64,000 nucleotides of DNA from positions 3,029 to 67,028 of the forward strand of contig JASMKR010000006.1 in the NCBI GenBank assembly GCA_030749075.1. Direction: 5' to 3'. Positions 1-10,100 of the stretch are shown one piece after another. How positions within the stretch are numbered: the stretch's first letter is position 1; each line of letters begins with the position of its first letter. Position numbers and translations under genes: made by a program. Under the pieces are notes generated by a model that saw nothing but the letters and a program-made list of their open reading frames with translations, did not search any database and was not told where the DNA came from. This stretch comes from Candidatus Thalassarchaeaceae archaeon (GTDB lineage Archaea; Thermoplasmatota; Poseidoniia; Poseidoniales; Thalassarchaeaceae).

Positions 1-1547
1 CCGTACGTCGAGGGGTTGCACCCATCGCCGTACGAGTCGTACATCTGCACGACGTAGTCGCCTGCGTCGGTGAAAGTACCGAAGTTGTACAGCCCGTAGT
101 TCGAGGCGCCCCACGTCCCGTGGGACCAAACGGTCTGCGTGCCATCGGGGTGCGTCAGCTTGACCCCGGTCTCGCCTGACCATGAGCCGGTCTGGACGTA
201 GAGCGTCATGCTCCCGCCAGCAGGCAGGGTGAAGGTGCACTCGGCATCCTCCTCGGTGTCGCCATCCGAGTCGTCATCGCTCGATGTTACGGAGACCATG
301 CAGCCGATCTCGGTGACCACGAGAAGGTTCGGGAAGCTGTCAGCCAGCCCGTCGCCGTCGAGGTCGTCCCAGGCCTCTGGGTCGAGGTCGAAGGCGTCGT
401 CGGCATCGCCGTAGCCATCGCCGTCGCAGTCAGCCGAGACGCTGCAGTCCAGAGTGGAGTTCGAGCCCTCGTCGGTGTCGTTCACTCCGTCGTTGTCATC
501 GTCGAGGTCGGCATTGTCGCCAGTGCCGTCTCCGTCGTTGTCGGCGCTCTCGTTTGCGTCGTCGGGGTACAAGTCGGAGTTGTCGCCAACCCCGTCGCCG
601 TCGCTGTCCGTGTCCTCGGTGGCGTCGCTGGGGAAGGCATCGTCGTTGTCACCCACTCCGTCGCCGTCGCTGTCTGCGGTCTCGTTTGCGTCGTCGGGGA
701 AATCGTCGGCGTTGTCGCCAACCCCGTCGCCGTCGCTGTCCGTGTCCTCGGTGTCGTCGCTGGGGAAATCGTCGGCGTTGTCGCCAACCCCGTCGCCGTC
801 GCTATCCGTGTCCTCGGTGTCGTCGTCGGGGAACTCGTCGGCGTTGTCGCCGGTTCCGTCGCCGTCGCTATCCGTGTCCTCGGTGTCGTCGTCGGGGAAG
901 TCGTCGGCGTTGTCGCCGGTGCCGTCGCCGTCGGTGTCCGTGTCCTCGGTGCCGTCTGTCGGGAACTCGTCGGTGTCGTCGTTGACGCCGTCGCCGTCGC
1001 AGTCAGCCAGGAGGTCGCAGCCGTCTTCCTCGGCGTCATCGTTGACGCCGTCGCCGTCGTCGTCGTCGTCCAGGCCGTCGTGGCTGCCGTCGCCGTCGGT
1101 ATCGGTGTCCAGGTCGACTCCGGTGACGTAGACGTCTGCGATGCTCGCAGACGCGTATACGGTATCGGTGCCGGCCAGAGTGTGGCTGATGGCAGCCATG
1201 GTGTCAGCGCCGTCATCGTCCTCTTGCGTGGTCACCTTGACCATCTGCGGTTCGTCGAAGTTGATCTTCGTGAACTTCAGGTAGGCTGGATCGACGGTTA
1301 TGTCGGCGTTGTTCGAGATCGGGGTGATTATCAACACTCCGTCGGGCGCCATGTCGAGAACTATCTCGTAGGAGCCCGTGTGGCCCTCTGAGATCGAGAG
1401 CGCGGTCGTGTCCAACGAGATGGCGTTCATCCTGTCAGGGCTGTCGCGTAGTTCCTCGGCAGCTGGGGCCATCGGCATCAGGGCTGACGCTACCATTACG
1501 GTAATCATCAGCAAGGTTCGGGTTATCTCTGCTATGTTTCTGCTCAT
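1..1547 (-). CDS. Secreted TSP type-3 (Ca-binding) repeat surface protein, 3' end outside the window; absent from the ORF track
   Basis: ATG at 1547, 4 nt after the stop of the upstream gene. Frame stays open to the window edge: MSRNIAEITRTLLMITVMVASALMPMA (signal-like), an Ig/Calx-beta-like segment (LSISEGHTGSYEIVLD), many DxDGDGxGDNADxFP repeats, then a MYDSYGDG-motif domain. Confidence 0.85.
   Translation of the reverse strand, partial: MSRNIAEITRTLLMITVMVASALMPMAPAAEELRDSPDRMNAISLDTTALSISEGHTGSYEIVLDMAPDGVLIITPISNNADITVDPAYLKFTKINFDEPQMVKVTTQEDDDGADTMAAISHTLAGTDTVYASASIADVYVTGVDLDTDTDGDGSHDGLDDDDDGDGVNDDAEEDGCDLLADCDGDGVNDDTDEFPTDGTEDTDTDGDGTGDNADDFPDDDTEDTDSDGDGTGDNADEFPDDDTEDTDSDGDGVGDNADDFPSDDTEDTDSDGDGVGDNADDFPDDANETADSDGDGVGDNDDAFPSDATEDTDSDGDGVGDNSDLYPDDANESADNDGDGTGDNADLDDDNDGVNDTDEGSNSTLDCSVSADCDGDGYGDADDAFDLDPEAWDDLDGDGLADSFPNLLVVTEIGCMVSVTSSDDDSDGDTEEDAECTFTLPAGGSMTLYVQTGSWSGETGVKLTHPDGTQTVWSHGTWGASNYGLYNFGTFTDAGDYVVQMYDSYGDGCNPSTY
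523..984. repeat. Coding tandem repeat, about 7 x 66 bp (22-aa TSP3 unit DTDSDGDGVGDNADDFPDDDTE)
   Basis: Units start at 523, 589, 655, 721, 787, 853 and 919 with an exact 66-bp period. Confidence 0.85.
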
Positions 1548-1551
1548 ATTA

Positions 1552-4500
1552 TCAGTCCTCCTCTTCGTCGTCGAAGTCAAAGTCCTCGAACTCCTCGGTG
1601 TAGTCCTCGGCATCCGTGTCGGCCTCGCTGCCCGCCCGGCGGGACATCTGCACCAGGCCGTAGCCCAGAGCGCCCACCACGACGAGGATGCCCACGTAGG
1701 GGGCTGGCTCGGCGTTGATGTCGTCGATCAGGGTGGTCGGGTTGCCGTTGTCGCCCAGTCCGTCATCGTTCGCGTCGAACCACTCCATGTGGTCGTTGGG
1801 GAAGCGGTCCTCGTCGGCCTGGGGGTTGTTCGGGTTGGCCGGGTCGGGGTATCCGTCGCCGTCGTCGTCGGGGTCTATCGCGTCGCAGAGCCCGTCGCCG
1901 TTGGCAACCTCGTCACCAGTGCCCGGCTCTCCGTCCGGGCCTAGGTCGTAGTCGGAGTCGGCGGGCATCTCGCTGGCGACCCTCGGGTCGCCCTGTCCGC
2001 CCGCGTTGGCGCAGATCAGCTCGGTCACGTCCAGCCATCCGTCGCCGTCGTCGTCGCTGTCGGCGTTGTCCCCCTGGCCGTCCATGTCCAGGTCGGCATG
2101 CTCGTTGGGATCCATCGGGAAGCCGTCGGAGCCGTCGTCGTAGCCGTCGTTGTCGTCGTCGGTGTCCACCTGGTCGCAGGTGCCATCGCCGTCGTTGTCC
2201 GAGGGCACCGAGAAGCCGTCATTGGCGTCGGTGCCGCAGTTCGGCTCATCGAGGTCGGACCAGCCGTCGCCGTCGTCGTCGGTGTCGACCGCGTCTCCGA
2301 TTCCGTCGCCGTCGAGGTCGGCGACCTCGTTGGCGTCCATCGGGAAGGAGTCCATCTCGTCGGGCGTGCCGTCGCCGTCGTCGTCGGTGTCGGTGACGTC
2401 GCAGATCCCGTCTGCGTCGTTGTCGGCCGGCACGTCGCTAGCGTCGAGCGGATCGGTGCCGCAGGCTATCTCCTCGACGTCGGTCCAGGGGTCGTTGAGC
2501 GCGTCCATGTCACCGTCGTCGTTGACGTCGGCGTTGTTGCCCGTGCCGTCCCCGTCGGTGTCGATCCACTCGGATGAGTCGTTCGGGAACGCGTCGGTCT
2601 GCGCGGGGCAGGTGCTGGCGATTCCGTCGGACTGGCTGGAGAAGTAGTTCACTCCCTCGACCACCGCGGCGCCCTGGGCTGCAGCCCAGTCATCTGCGTC
2701 GCAGGAGTCCCACCAGCCGTCGTTGTCGTCGTCCATGTCGCGGTTGTCACCCTGGCCGTCTCCGTCAGCGTCCGCCCACTCGGTGGAGTCGCTGGGGAAC
2801 TCGTCAACGTCGTCGTCGTAGCCGTCGTTGTCGTCGTCCGGGTCGAGCGCGTCGCAGACTCCGTCGCCGTCGGGCAGCGTGCTGTCAACGGGGATGTTCA
2901 TCGCATCGACCGGGTCGCTGCCGCAGTCGATTTCGTAGGTGTCGTTGTACGAGTCGCCGTCGTCGTCGTCGTCAGCGACTAGGTCTGTGACGCAGTCAGC
3001 CACGCTGTCATTGTCGGCATCGGTCGTGTCGACCGAGTCCGGCAGGCCGTCGTGGTCGGTGTCCGTGTCCGCGCACGCATCGAAGTCGAAGGCGTCGGTC
3101 TCGTCGTCGGTGCCGTCGTTGTCGCCATCGTAGTCCAGATACATGTACGCGAGGTCGTGGTCGGTCCACGAGCCCGGTACGATGTCGCACAGGCCGTCCC
3201 CGTCGTAGTCGGTCGGGGTAATGTTGGCGTCCATGTCGGCGAAGCTGCCTTCTCCGAGGCAGATTAGCTCAACGATGTTGTCCCAGTTGTCGCCGTCGAT
3301 GTCCGGGTCCGTGGAGTCGTCGACCCCGTCGCCGTCCATGTCCGACGAGCCGTTCTCGTCCAACGGCATCTCGTCTAGGTCGTTGCCTATGCCGTCGCCG
3401 TCGATGTCTTCGTCGATGGCGTCGCATATGCCATCGCCGTCGGTGTCAACCGGGGTGTCGTTTGGATCGTCTGGATCGGTGCCGCATTCGAGCTCCATCG
3501 AGTCCATCCAGCCGTCGCCGTCGGCGTCCAGCGTGTAGAAGACCACCGTCACGGTGTAGTTGGTGCCAGTGGTGTCGTAGGTGCCCCAGTTGCGCACTCC
3601 TATTCCCATCCACGAGTCGAATCCGGACGAGAGGGAGGTCGAGTTGTACACGATCGGGTCGGTGTATGTGTACAGGCCGACCTGGGTCCACGAGGTGTCG
3701 TAGACGTCCAGTATCATCCAGACGTCAGGCCGGTCGTCGCCCGGGCTCAGCGTAATCTCGACGCCGTGCATGGCCGGTATGTCGAAGCTGAACCTGTCCG
3801 TGGAGTCGAGGTTGGCCATGGTCCAGCCCGTGAACTCGAGGTTCGTCCCGTTGGTGTTGTTGGGGAAGCTGTTGACGTGCACGGCCGTCGCGCCGCCGGG
3901 TCCGGCGTCGCAGCCGCAGTTGGCGTCGTTCTGTGCACCGCCCTCCATCTCCGACATCGGGTGGAAGGTGATGTTCATCTCGTACTCGTGACCGGCATTG
4001 TCGCCGAACGAGTAGATGTAGATGTAGACCCATCCCGGGGTGTCCATCACGCCTCCGTCGCTCGCGTATATGCCCGAAGCGTTGTGGAAGGTGCCCACAG
4101 GCCACAGCCCTGAGCTCTGTTCCAACGTGTCGAGGCCGTAGCCGAAGTCCTGGATGATGAAGTACGCGGGGTTGGCGGGGTAGCTGCACGGCAGGTGCTG
4201 CTCCTGGCACATCAGCATGTAGGCCGTGTGGTAGATGCTCATGTCGCCCTCGCCCTCTAGGTCAAAGTCGTACTCTATGTTGATGAAGTGGCCCTGAGGA
4301 ACTGCGATGCTGTACATGTCGTACATGTCCCAGGTGTAGCTGGTCCAACCCGTGCAGACGCCGCCTTCCCAGTAGTCGCGGACCGACCCGTCATCGTTGT
4401 ACGGGTTCAGGTCTGCCTGGGTGCTCTCGTTGGTGAAGGTGTGGCCATCCCACGTTCCGGGATAGACCAGGTTGGCCGCATCGCCGAACGGAACGGATCC

Positions 4501-6837
4501 GCCCATGCCGCAGTCGTCCTGGTTGTCGGCGGGGCCGAGGCCGGGCGTGATCAGGGTGATGGTGACCTCGTACGGTCCGCTGCCTCTGGTCGCCCATATG
4601 CGGAGGAAGATGTCTTGGCATCCGTCCTCGTACATGGCGGCGACCTCCTCGGGGTTGTCGGTGTACGACGCGTCGATGTAGTACATGTTGCCATAGGTGG
4701 GGTGCATGTAGTACAGGCCCGCGTCGTAGTTGTTCTGGTCCGGGAAGGACACAGAGACCAGCATCCCGTAGTTGCAGGGGAGGTAGACCTTGTAGACGTC
4801 GTACCTGTCCCATGTATCGTGGACGTAGCCCGAGAAGGTCTGGTTCGCCGTGCTGAGGTTGGTTGCGTCGGCGGAGTATAGGTAGTCGTCTCCGGCGTCA
4901 TCGCCCGTCCCAGCGTCGTTCTGGTTGATGCTCTCCTCGGGCTCAACGGACGCGTTGTAGACCGAGTAGGTAATCGTGTAGTTCATCTCGTAGTCGTCTG
5001 GCAGGGTAGCCGTACTGTACATGTCCCCGACGCGGAGGAGCACCACCGAGTCGACGGCGATGTCTAGGTTCCAGTAGTAGGATCCGTTGGTGGCCACCGC
5101 CTGCGGGTGGAACCCGTACGAGGAGCTGACGAAGTAGAGGGAGCCGGTCGCGGTGTACATGTACTGCGCGAAGGCGATGTCGGTGCCTCCCTGGTTCCCG
5201 CCAGCTTCCATGGTCTCGTTCTCGAACCATTCGAGCATGGCCCACATGCCGTGGTAGGCGGGGATGGTGAACGCGTACCAGTCAACGGTGTCGTACTGGT
5301 TGCACAGCATGCCGGTGAACGCGCCGTTGCCGTCGGCGTCCCAGTTAGAGATGACGGTGGGGTCATCGTCCGGGGAGTAGTCGCCGTCGGATGCATCCAA
5401 GCCGGCGCCTTCGTAGTTGCCCTCGCCGGGGGCGGCTCCGTCGTCCTGGAAGAAGCAGGGCGGCGGGGAGCCGGGTTGCGTCTGCATCTCGAGGGTGTAA
5501 CCGCTGTGGGTGTCGGTCCCGCCCCAGTATATCACCTCGGCGAAGAAGACCTGGGCATCGCCCAGCTGTCCTACGTCGATGAACTCGGGCTGGTCGAACC
5601 ACGAGTACGCGAACATGCCCGAGAGGTCCCCGGTGTCGGCGTCGTAGTCCGTATAGAGGTGGAGATCAAGGTCGGCATCGGCGCCCCAGTCGAGCGTCAG
5701 GTTGACGAAGTAGTTCTCCGGTAGGGAAATCGCGTAAACGTCGGAAGTATCGGTCTGGCTGACGTGCCCGGACACGATGTCCTCGAACACGAACTCGCTC
5801 GCGGACAGCATTCCGCTGAATTCGCCGAGCGAGTTGCCGACCAGCACCGCGAGGCCACCGTCGCCGAACGAGTCGTAGAGTTCTACTGTGTACTCCCCCG
5901 CGGCGGAGAAGTTCGCAATGGTGCCCTCGAAGTAGGAGGGCCAGTAGCTGTCGCTCCAGACCGTGCCGTTAGGCAGGGTGATGTCCATGCTGGTCTCGAA
6001 GGGGCACCAGTAGTCGCAGACGATGTCCACGTATGCCGTCGTGGAGCCGTCTAGCTCGAAGGTGTCCTCCTTGTAGCTCCACCAGCCGTCGTTGGGCATG
6101 TCGAGCAGCGGGTTGAGCATGGGTGTGACCTCGTCGCCGGGGACGCCGCCATCACCCACCCATGTGGTGATGTTCATCCCGTACTCGAGGTTGTTGATGT
6201 TGTAGTAGGAGTAGTTGCAGTAGTAGCACCAAACGTAGACTGCGACCGTGTCGCCGACTGTGTCGACGGGGAAGTCGACGTACTCGTACCCATAGGTTCC
6301 CACGGACGTGTCGCCCTCGAATGAGGAGGTCTGGATGTGCCCGGTGGGGCTGTAGTAGTCGTAGCCCCATGATCCCTCGTAGTAGCTGGTGATCTCATTG
6401 GACCACCCGAGCGCGACCATGTAGGAGTAGGCCTCCATCGTGTGCACCCCGGTGTAGTTCCAGGTGATGTCCACGGTCAGGCCGTAGCCGGGCTCCATGT
6501 CGATGTGGTAGACATCGATGTTGGAGTCGCAGTTGAAGCAGTATCCGGTCGACATCTCGTCGGCCTCCATGTAGCCATAGTACGAGTTCGTCTCGTTACC
6601 ATCAGGCCACGTGAAGTCATCAGAGATGTTCATCGCGGTGGACTCGGTCATCCCAGCGTCGGTGCCGCGGCAGGCATCGGCGCCTGCACACGGACTCGGC
6701 GGGGACTCGTCCCGGACGGGCTCCTGCTCGAGCTCCACTGGTGCATCGAATGCACCGAGCATGGGCAGGCAGACCGAGACGATCATTAGCATTGTCAGAT
6801 TTACTGAGCGGTTGGCATTTTCATTCATGGGCGTCAC
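1552..6837 (-). CDS. 1761-aa membrane-anchored surface protein: PPC-like domains, TSP3 repeat stalk and C-terminal TM helix
   Basis: N-terminal hydrophobic signal; repeated QNDAxxGxDAG...D..DxY motifs; about 600 aa of DxDGDG repeats; TM YVGILVVVGALGYGLV with an acidic tail. Alternative ATG start at 6828. Confidence 0.85.
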   Translation of the reverse strand: MTPMNENANRSVNLTMLMIVSVCLPMLGAFDAPVELEQEPVRDESPPSPCAGADACRGTDAGMTESTAMNISDDFTWPDGNETNSYYGYMEADEMSTGYCFNCDSNIDVYHIDMEPGYGLTVDITWNYTGVHTMEAYSYMVALGWSNEITSYYEGSWGYDYYSPTGHIQTSSFEGDTSVGTYGYEYVDFPVDTVGDTVAVYVWCYYCNYSYYNINNLEYGMNITTWVGDGGVPGDEVTPMLNPLLDMPNDGWWSYKEDTFELDGSTTAYVDIVCDYWCPFETSMDITLPNGTVWSDSYWPSYFEGTIANFSAAGEYTVELYDSFGDGGLAVLVGNSLGEFSGMLSASEFVFEDIVSGHVSQTDTSDVYAISLPENYFVNLTLDWGADADLDLHLYTDYDADTGDLSGMFAYSWFDQPEFIDVGQLGDAQVFFAEVIYWGGTDTHSGYTLEMQTQPGSPPPCFFQDDGAAPGEGNYEGAGLDASDGDYSPDDDPTVISNWDADGNGAFTGMLCNQYDTVDWYAFTIPAYHGMWAMLEWFENETMEAGGNQGGTDIAFAQYMYTATGSLYFVSSSYGFHPQAVATNGSYYWNLDIAVDSVVLLRVGDMYSTATLPDDYEMNYTITYSVYNASVEPEESINQNDAGTGDDAGDDYLYSADATNLSTANQTFSGYVHDTWDRYDVYKVYLPCNYGMLVSVSFPDQNNYDAGLYYMHPTYGNMYYIDASYTDNPEEVAAMYEDGCQDIFLRIWATRGSGPYEVTITLITPGLGPADNQDDCGMGGSVPFGDAANLVYPGTWDGHTFTNESTQADLNPYNDDGSVRDYWEGGVCTGWTSYTWDMYDMYSIAVPQGHFINIEYDFDLEGEGDMSIYHTAYMLMCQEQHLPCSYPANPAYFIIQDFGYGLDTLEQSSGLWPVGTFHNASGIYASDGGVMDTPGWVYIYIYSFGDNAGHEYEMNITFHPMSEMEGGAQNDANCGCDAGPGGATAVHVNSFPNNTNGTNLEFTGWTMANLDSTDRFSFDIPAMHGVEITLSPGDDRPDVWMILDVYDTSWTQVGLYTYTDPIVYNSTSLSSGFDSWMGIGVRNWGTYDTTGTNYTVTVVFYTLDADGDGWMDSMELECGTDPDDPNDTPVDTDGDGICDAIDEDIDGDGIGNDLDEMPLDENGSSDMDGDGVDDSTDPDIDGDNWDNIVELICLGEGSFADMDANITPTDYDGDGLCDIVPGSWTDHDLAYMYLDYDGDNDGTDDETDAFDFDACADTDTDHDGLPDSVDTTDADNDSVADCVTDLVADDDDDGDSYNDTYEIDCGSDPVDAMNIPVDSTLPDGDGVCDALDPDDDNDGYDDDVDEFPSDSTEWADADGDGQGDNRDMDDDNDGWWDSCDADDWAAAQGAAVVEGVNYFSSQSDGIASTCPAQTDAFPNDSSEWIDTDGDGTGNNADVNDDGDMDALNDPWTDVEEIACGTDPLDASDVPADNDADGICDVTDTDDDGDGTPDEMDSFPMDANEVADLDGDGIGDAVDTDDDGDGWSDLDEPNCGTDANDGFSVPSDNDGDGTCDQVDTDDDNDGYDDGSDGFPMDPNEHADLDMDGQGDNADSDDDGDGWLDVTELICANAGGQGDPRVASEMPADSDYDLGPDGEPGTGDEVANGDGLCDAIDPDDDGDGYPDPANPNNPQADEDRFPNDHMEWFDANDDGLGDNGNPTTLIDDINAEPAPYVGILVVVGALGYGLVQMSRRAGSEADTDAEDYTEEFEDFDFDDEEED

Positions 6838-6861
6838 TTATCGTGCATGAGGACTTGTATC

Positions 6862-6880
6862 GGCTATAAACGTCTCTCAA
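6862..6880 (-). promoter_or_regulatory. Archaeal BRE/TATA promoter of the 1761-aa gene
   Basis: Minus strand reads GAGAGACG-TTTATA (TATA at 6865-6870), about 27 nt before the GTG at 6837. Confidence 0.55.
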
Positions 6881-6894
6881 AATGCTCGATACTG

Positions 6895-7072
6895 ATAATA
6901 TGTAGTTTTCTAGTAATATTTTCCATATTTCTTACGGAAATAGGAAATATTATCCGAATATAGGAAAATATTTTGAAGAATTTTTCGAAATAAAGAAAAT
7001 ATATTACCATCGATTTTCAAAGATATTTGGTATATATTTTACACGAAGTGCGAAAATTACACCAATATCTCT
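6895..7072. repeat. AT-rich intergenic element with direct and inverted repeats
   Basis: Hand counts give 15/60 and 12/60 G+C in lines 6901 and 6961. Four copies of about GAAATA-GGAAAATATT (one inverted), plus the inverted pair AGATATTTGGT / ACCAATATCT. Confidence 0.65.
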
Positions 7073-7106
7073 GTCCCGATTGACAGTGCTCTCCATCGAC
7101 ACGCCC

Positions 7107-10100
7107 TCAGTACTCGTCGTATGGATCGAACTCGGTCATGTCGTCTTCCGAGAAATCCTCTGGGAATCGCCCCCTGCTGCCAATGGCGAAGGCTATCGAT
7201 GCGGAGGCCAAAGCGCATGTGACTGCGAACCCTACCACGGTGGCCTCGGGGTTGAGCCTCATGTGGTCCATGGTGGTAAGCGGATGCGCGTTGTCACCCC
7301 TGCCATCGCCGTTGCGATCGACCCACTCAGTGGTGTCGAAGGGGAAGGCGTCCTCCTCGTCGGTCCAGCCGTCGTTGTCGTCGTCGGGATCCACGAGGTC
7401 GCAGGATCCGTCGCCGTCGGCGTCAGGGGGGTACTCGGAGCCGTCCAGTGGCGAGGTGGCGCACACCATCTCAGTGGAGTCGGCCCAGCCGTCGCCGTCG
7501 TCGTCGGTGTCGTCCCCGTCGCCGATGCCATCGTTGTCGGTGTCCTTGGTCTCAGATGGGTCGTACGGGAATCGGTCGTCCGCGTCCAGCACCATGTCGT
7601 TGTCATCGTCCTCGTCCAGCGGGTCGCAGAGGGTGTCGCGGTCGAAGTCGTCGGGCACCGAGTTCACATCCATGGGATCGGTGCCGCAGATGCTGATCTC
7701 GTCGAGGTCGGCCCAGCCGTCGCCGTCGTCGTCGAGGTCGGCATTGTCGCCGATGCCGTCCTGGTCGAGGTCGGAGGCCTCGGTGGGGTCGTACTGGAAG
7801 GCGTCGGCAACGTCGGGGGTCCCGTCGTTGTCATCGTCCTCGTCGACGAGGTCACACAGGTGGTCTTGGTCTGAGTCGGACGGGGTGAAGAGCTCGGATA
7901 GGGGGTTGGTCATGCAGTCCGCCTCTTCCGAGTCGGTCCAGCCGTCGTTGTCGTCATCGATGTCGGCGTTGTCGCCGAGGCCGTCGTTGTCGTTGTCCTC
8001 CCACTCGCTGACATCAAGGGGGAACGCATCGACATCGTCCGCATATCCATCGTTGTCATCGTCAGGGTCGGTGTTGTCGCCGATATTGTCACCGTCGGTG
8101 TCCGTGTCCTCGGTGGGATCGAGCGGGGAGGAGTCGAGGTCGTTGGGGGTGCCATCGCCATCGACATCGTCGTCCATCTCGTCGCATACCCCGTCCTCGT
8201 CGGTGTCGGTCGGCACGGAGCTCGCGTCCATGGGGTCCGACAGGCAGTCCTCCTCGACATCGTCCCCATATCCATCGTTGTCATCATCTGGGTCGGTGTT
8301 GTCGCCGATATTGTCACCGTCGGTGTCGTTCCACTCGCCGGGATCGAGCGGGAAGGAGTCTGAGTCGTTGGGGGTGCCGTCCCCGTCCATGTCATCGTCC
8401 ATCTCGTCGCATACCCCGTCCTCGTCGGTGTCGGTCGGCACGGAGCTCGCGTCCATGGGGTCCGACAGACAGTCCTCCTCGACGCCGTCGTAGAACCCAT
8501 CGCCGTCGTCGTCGCCGTCGGCATTGTCGCCCGTGCCGTCGCCGTCGGTGTCCGTGGTCTCGTTGGCGTCTTCGGGGAAGCTGTCGTTGGCGTTGTCGAC
8601 GCCATCACCGTCGATGTCCCCATCGAGGCCGTCGCAGACTCCGTCGGCGTCTGTGTCTAAGGGGACGCTGGAGTTGTCATTGGGGTCCGACCCGCAGGCT
8701 GCCTCGTCCTCGTCGTAGAACCCATCGCCGTCAGCATCGAGTGGGAACAGCCAGACTGTGAGGTTGTATGTCCCGTCACCGGAGTACGCCCAGACCTCGA
8801 TGTAGACGTCCGTGCCACCGAGGTAGGAGCCGGTGTTGTTGGTCGAGACTACTTGGGGGTTGTAGTAGTACGAGTAGTTGACTTGGCTTTGGCTGCTGTC
8901 GTAGAGGACGAGGTTGAACCAGTTTATGCTCTGGTACGTCATCTCCACGGTGATGCCGTGGTCGGCGGGAACGTACAGAGAGTAGTAGTCGTACTGGTCA
9001 TCGCTGTCGTCGGCGTAGCCCGGCCAGTAGGACAGGCTGGGCGTGGCGTTGATGGTAGTTGCATCGGCGAACGTGTCTCCCGCATCGTCACCGCTGTAGG
9101 CATCGTCCTGGTTGAGCCCGGGGACCGATGACTGGTTGACCAGCGAAATCTCAAGTGTGTAGTTGCCCTCCCCCACACCGGCTTGCACTACCACGAAAAC
9201 AGTGGTGTTGCTGACATTGGTCGTTCCACTCTCGACGGTCTGGGGATTGGCAAAAAAACTGGAGTCGATCTGGTTCTGGCCTTCGTCGAACAGCCCGAGG
9301 GCGTAGTCGTTGGCCGAGTTGTTCCAAGACAGGGAAGCCTCGATGGCGTAGAAGGGCGGCACTTGCACGGCGTAGACGTCGAGGGTGTCCGCTGTCTCGG
9401 ATATCCATCCGAAGTAGGTCCCGTTGCCGCTCAGGTTGAGTGCGTCGGGGAAGTCGTTGCCAGCGTCGCCTCCGGAATTGGCGTCGTTCTGGTTGAACGC
9501 CGGGGTGTCGGAAAGGTTAGCGAAGTTGATCGTGAGTGTGTAGTCGATGGAGGCGGCACCACTGGTCCAAGCCTGGACGCGGTAGTAGACCGTGGTCCCG
9601 CTGACGGCCGAGCCGTTGCCAGTAACCTCCTCGGGGTTCTCGAAGAGGCTGTAGTCGATCTGGGTTCCGGAGGAGTCGTACAGGAAGAGGTCCAGCAGGT
9701 CGGCTGAGCTGTTCCAGTCCATGGACGCCCAAGTGGTCCAGTTGGTCGGGACGTCGACCGCGTAGTAGTCATTGGCGTCCCACGTGTAGTCCACCCAACC
9801 GCTGTAATTGGCCCCCGATGTCGGCACTGAGAGATTCAGGGCCGCGGCTAGGGTGTCGCCGGCGTCCGTACCGGAGCCGGCGTCGTCCTGAACCGAGCCG
9901 GGCTGGCCGGCCGTGGAGAAGTACGTGAAAGTCAGGTTGTAGTCGCCCTCGCTGTAGTACGAGTACACGTTCACGTAGACGTACGAGCCGCCGACCCCGG
10001 TCCCGTTGCTAGTGACTTCCCAAGGCGACTGGTAGGCGTAGTCGATGTACTGGGTGCCACTGCTGTCGTAGAGGTACAGGTAGTCGAAAGTCGTGCCGTT

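Noticed and set aside
523-984. Possible CRISPR array
   Set aside because: The 66-bp units are in-frame coding repeats with no unique spacers, and no cas genes are present.
208-8718. Long Ser/Pro-, Thr- or Arg-rich ORFs (for example 454-1131 +, 482-1216 -, 7138-8493 +)
   Set aside because: They are shadow frames of Asp/Gly-rich, high-GC3 TSP3 coding sequence.
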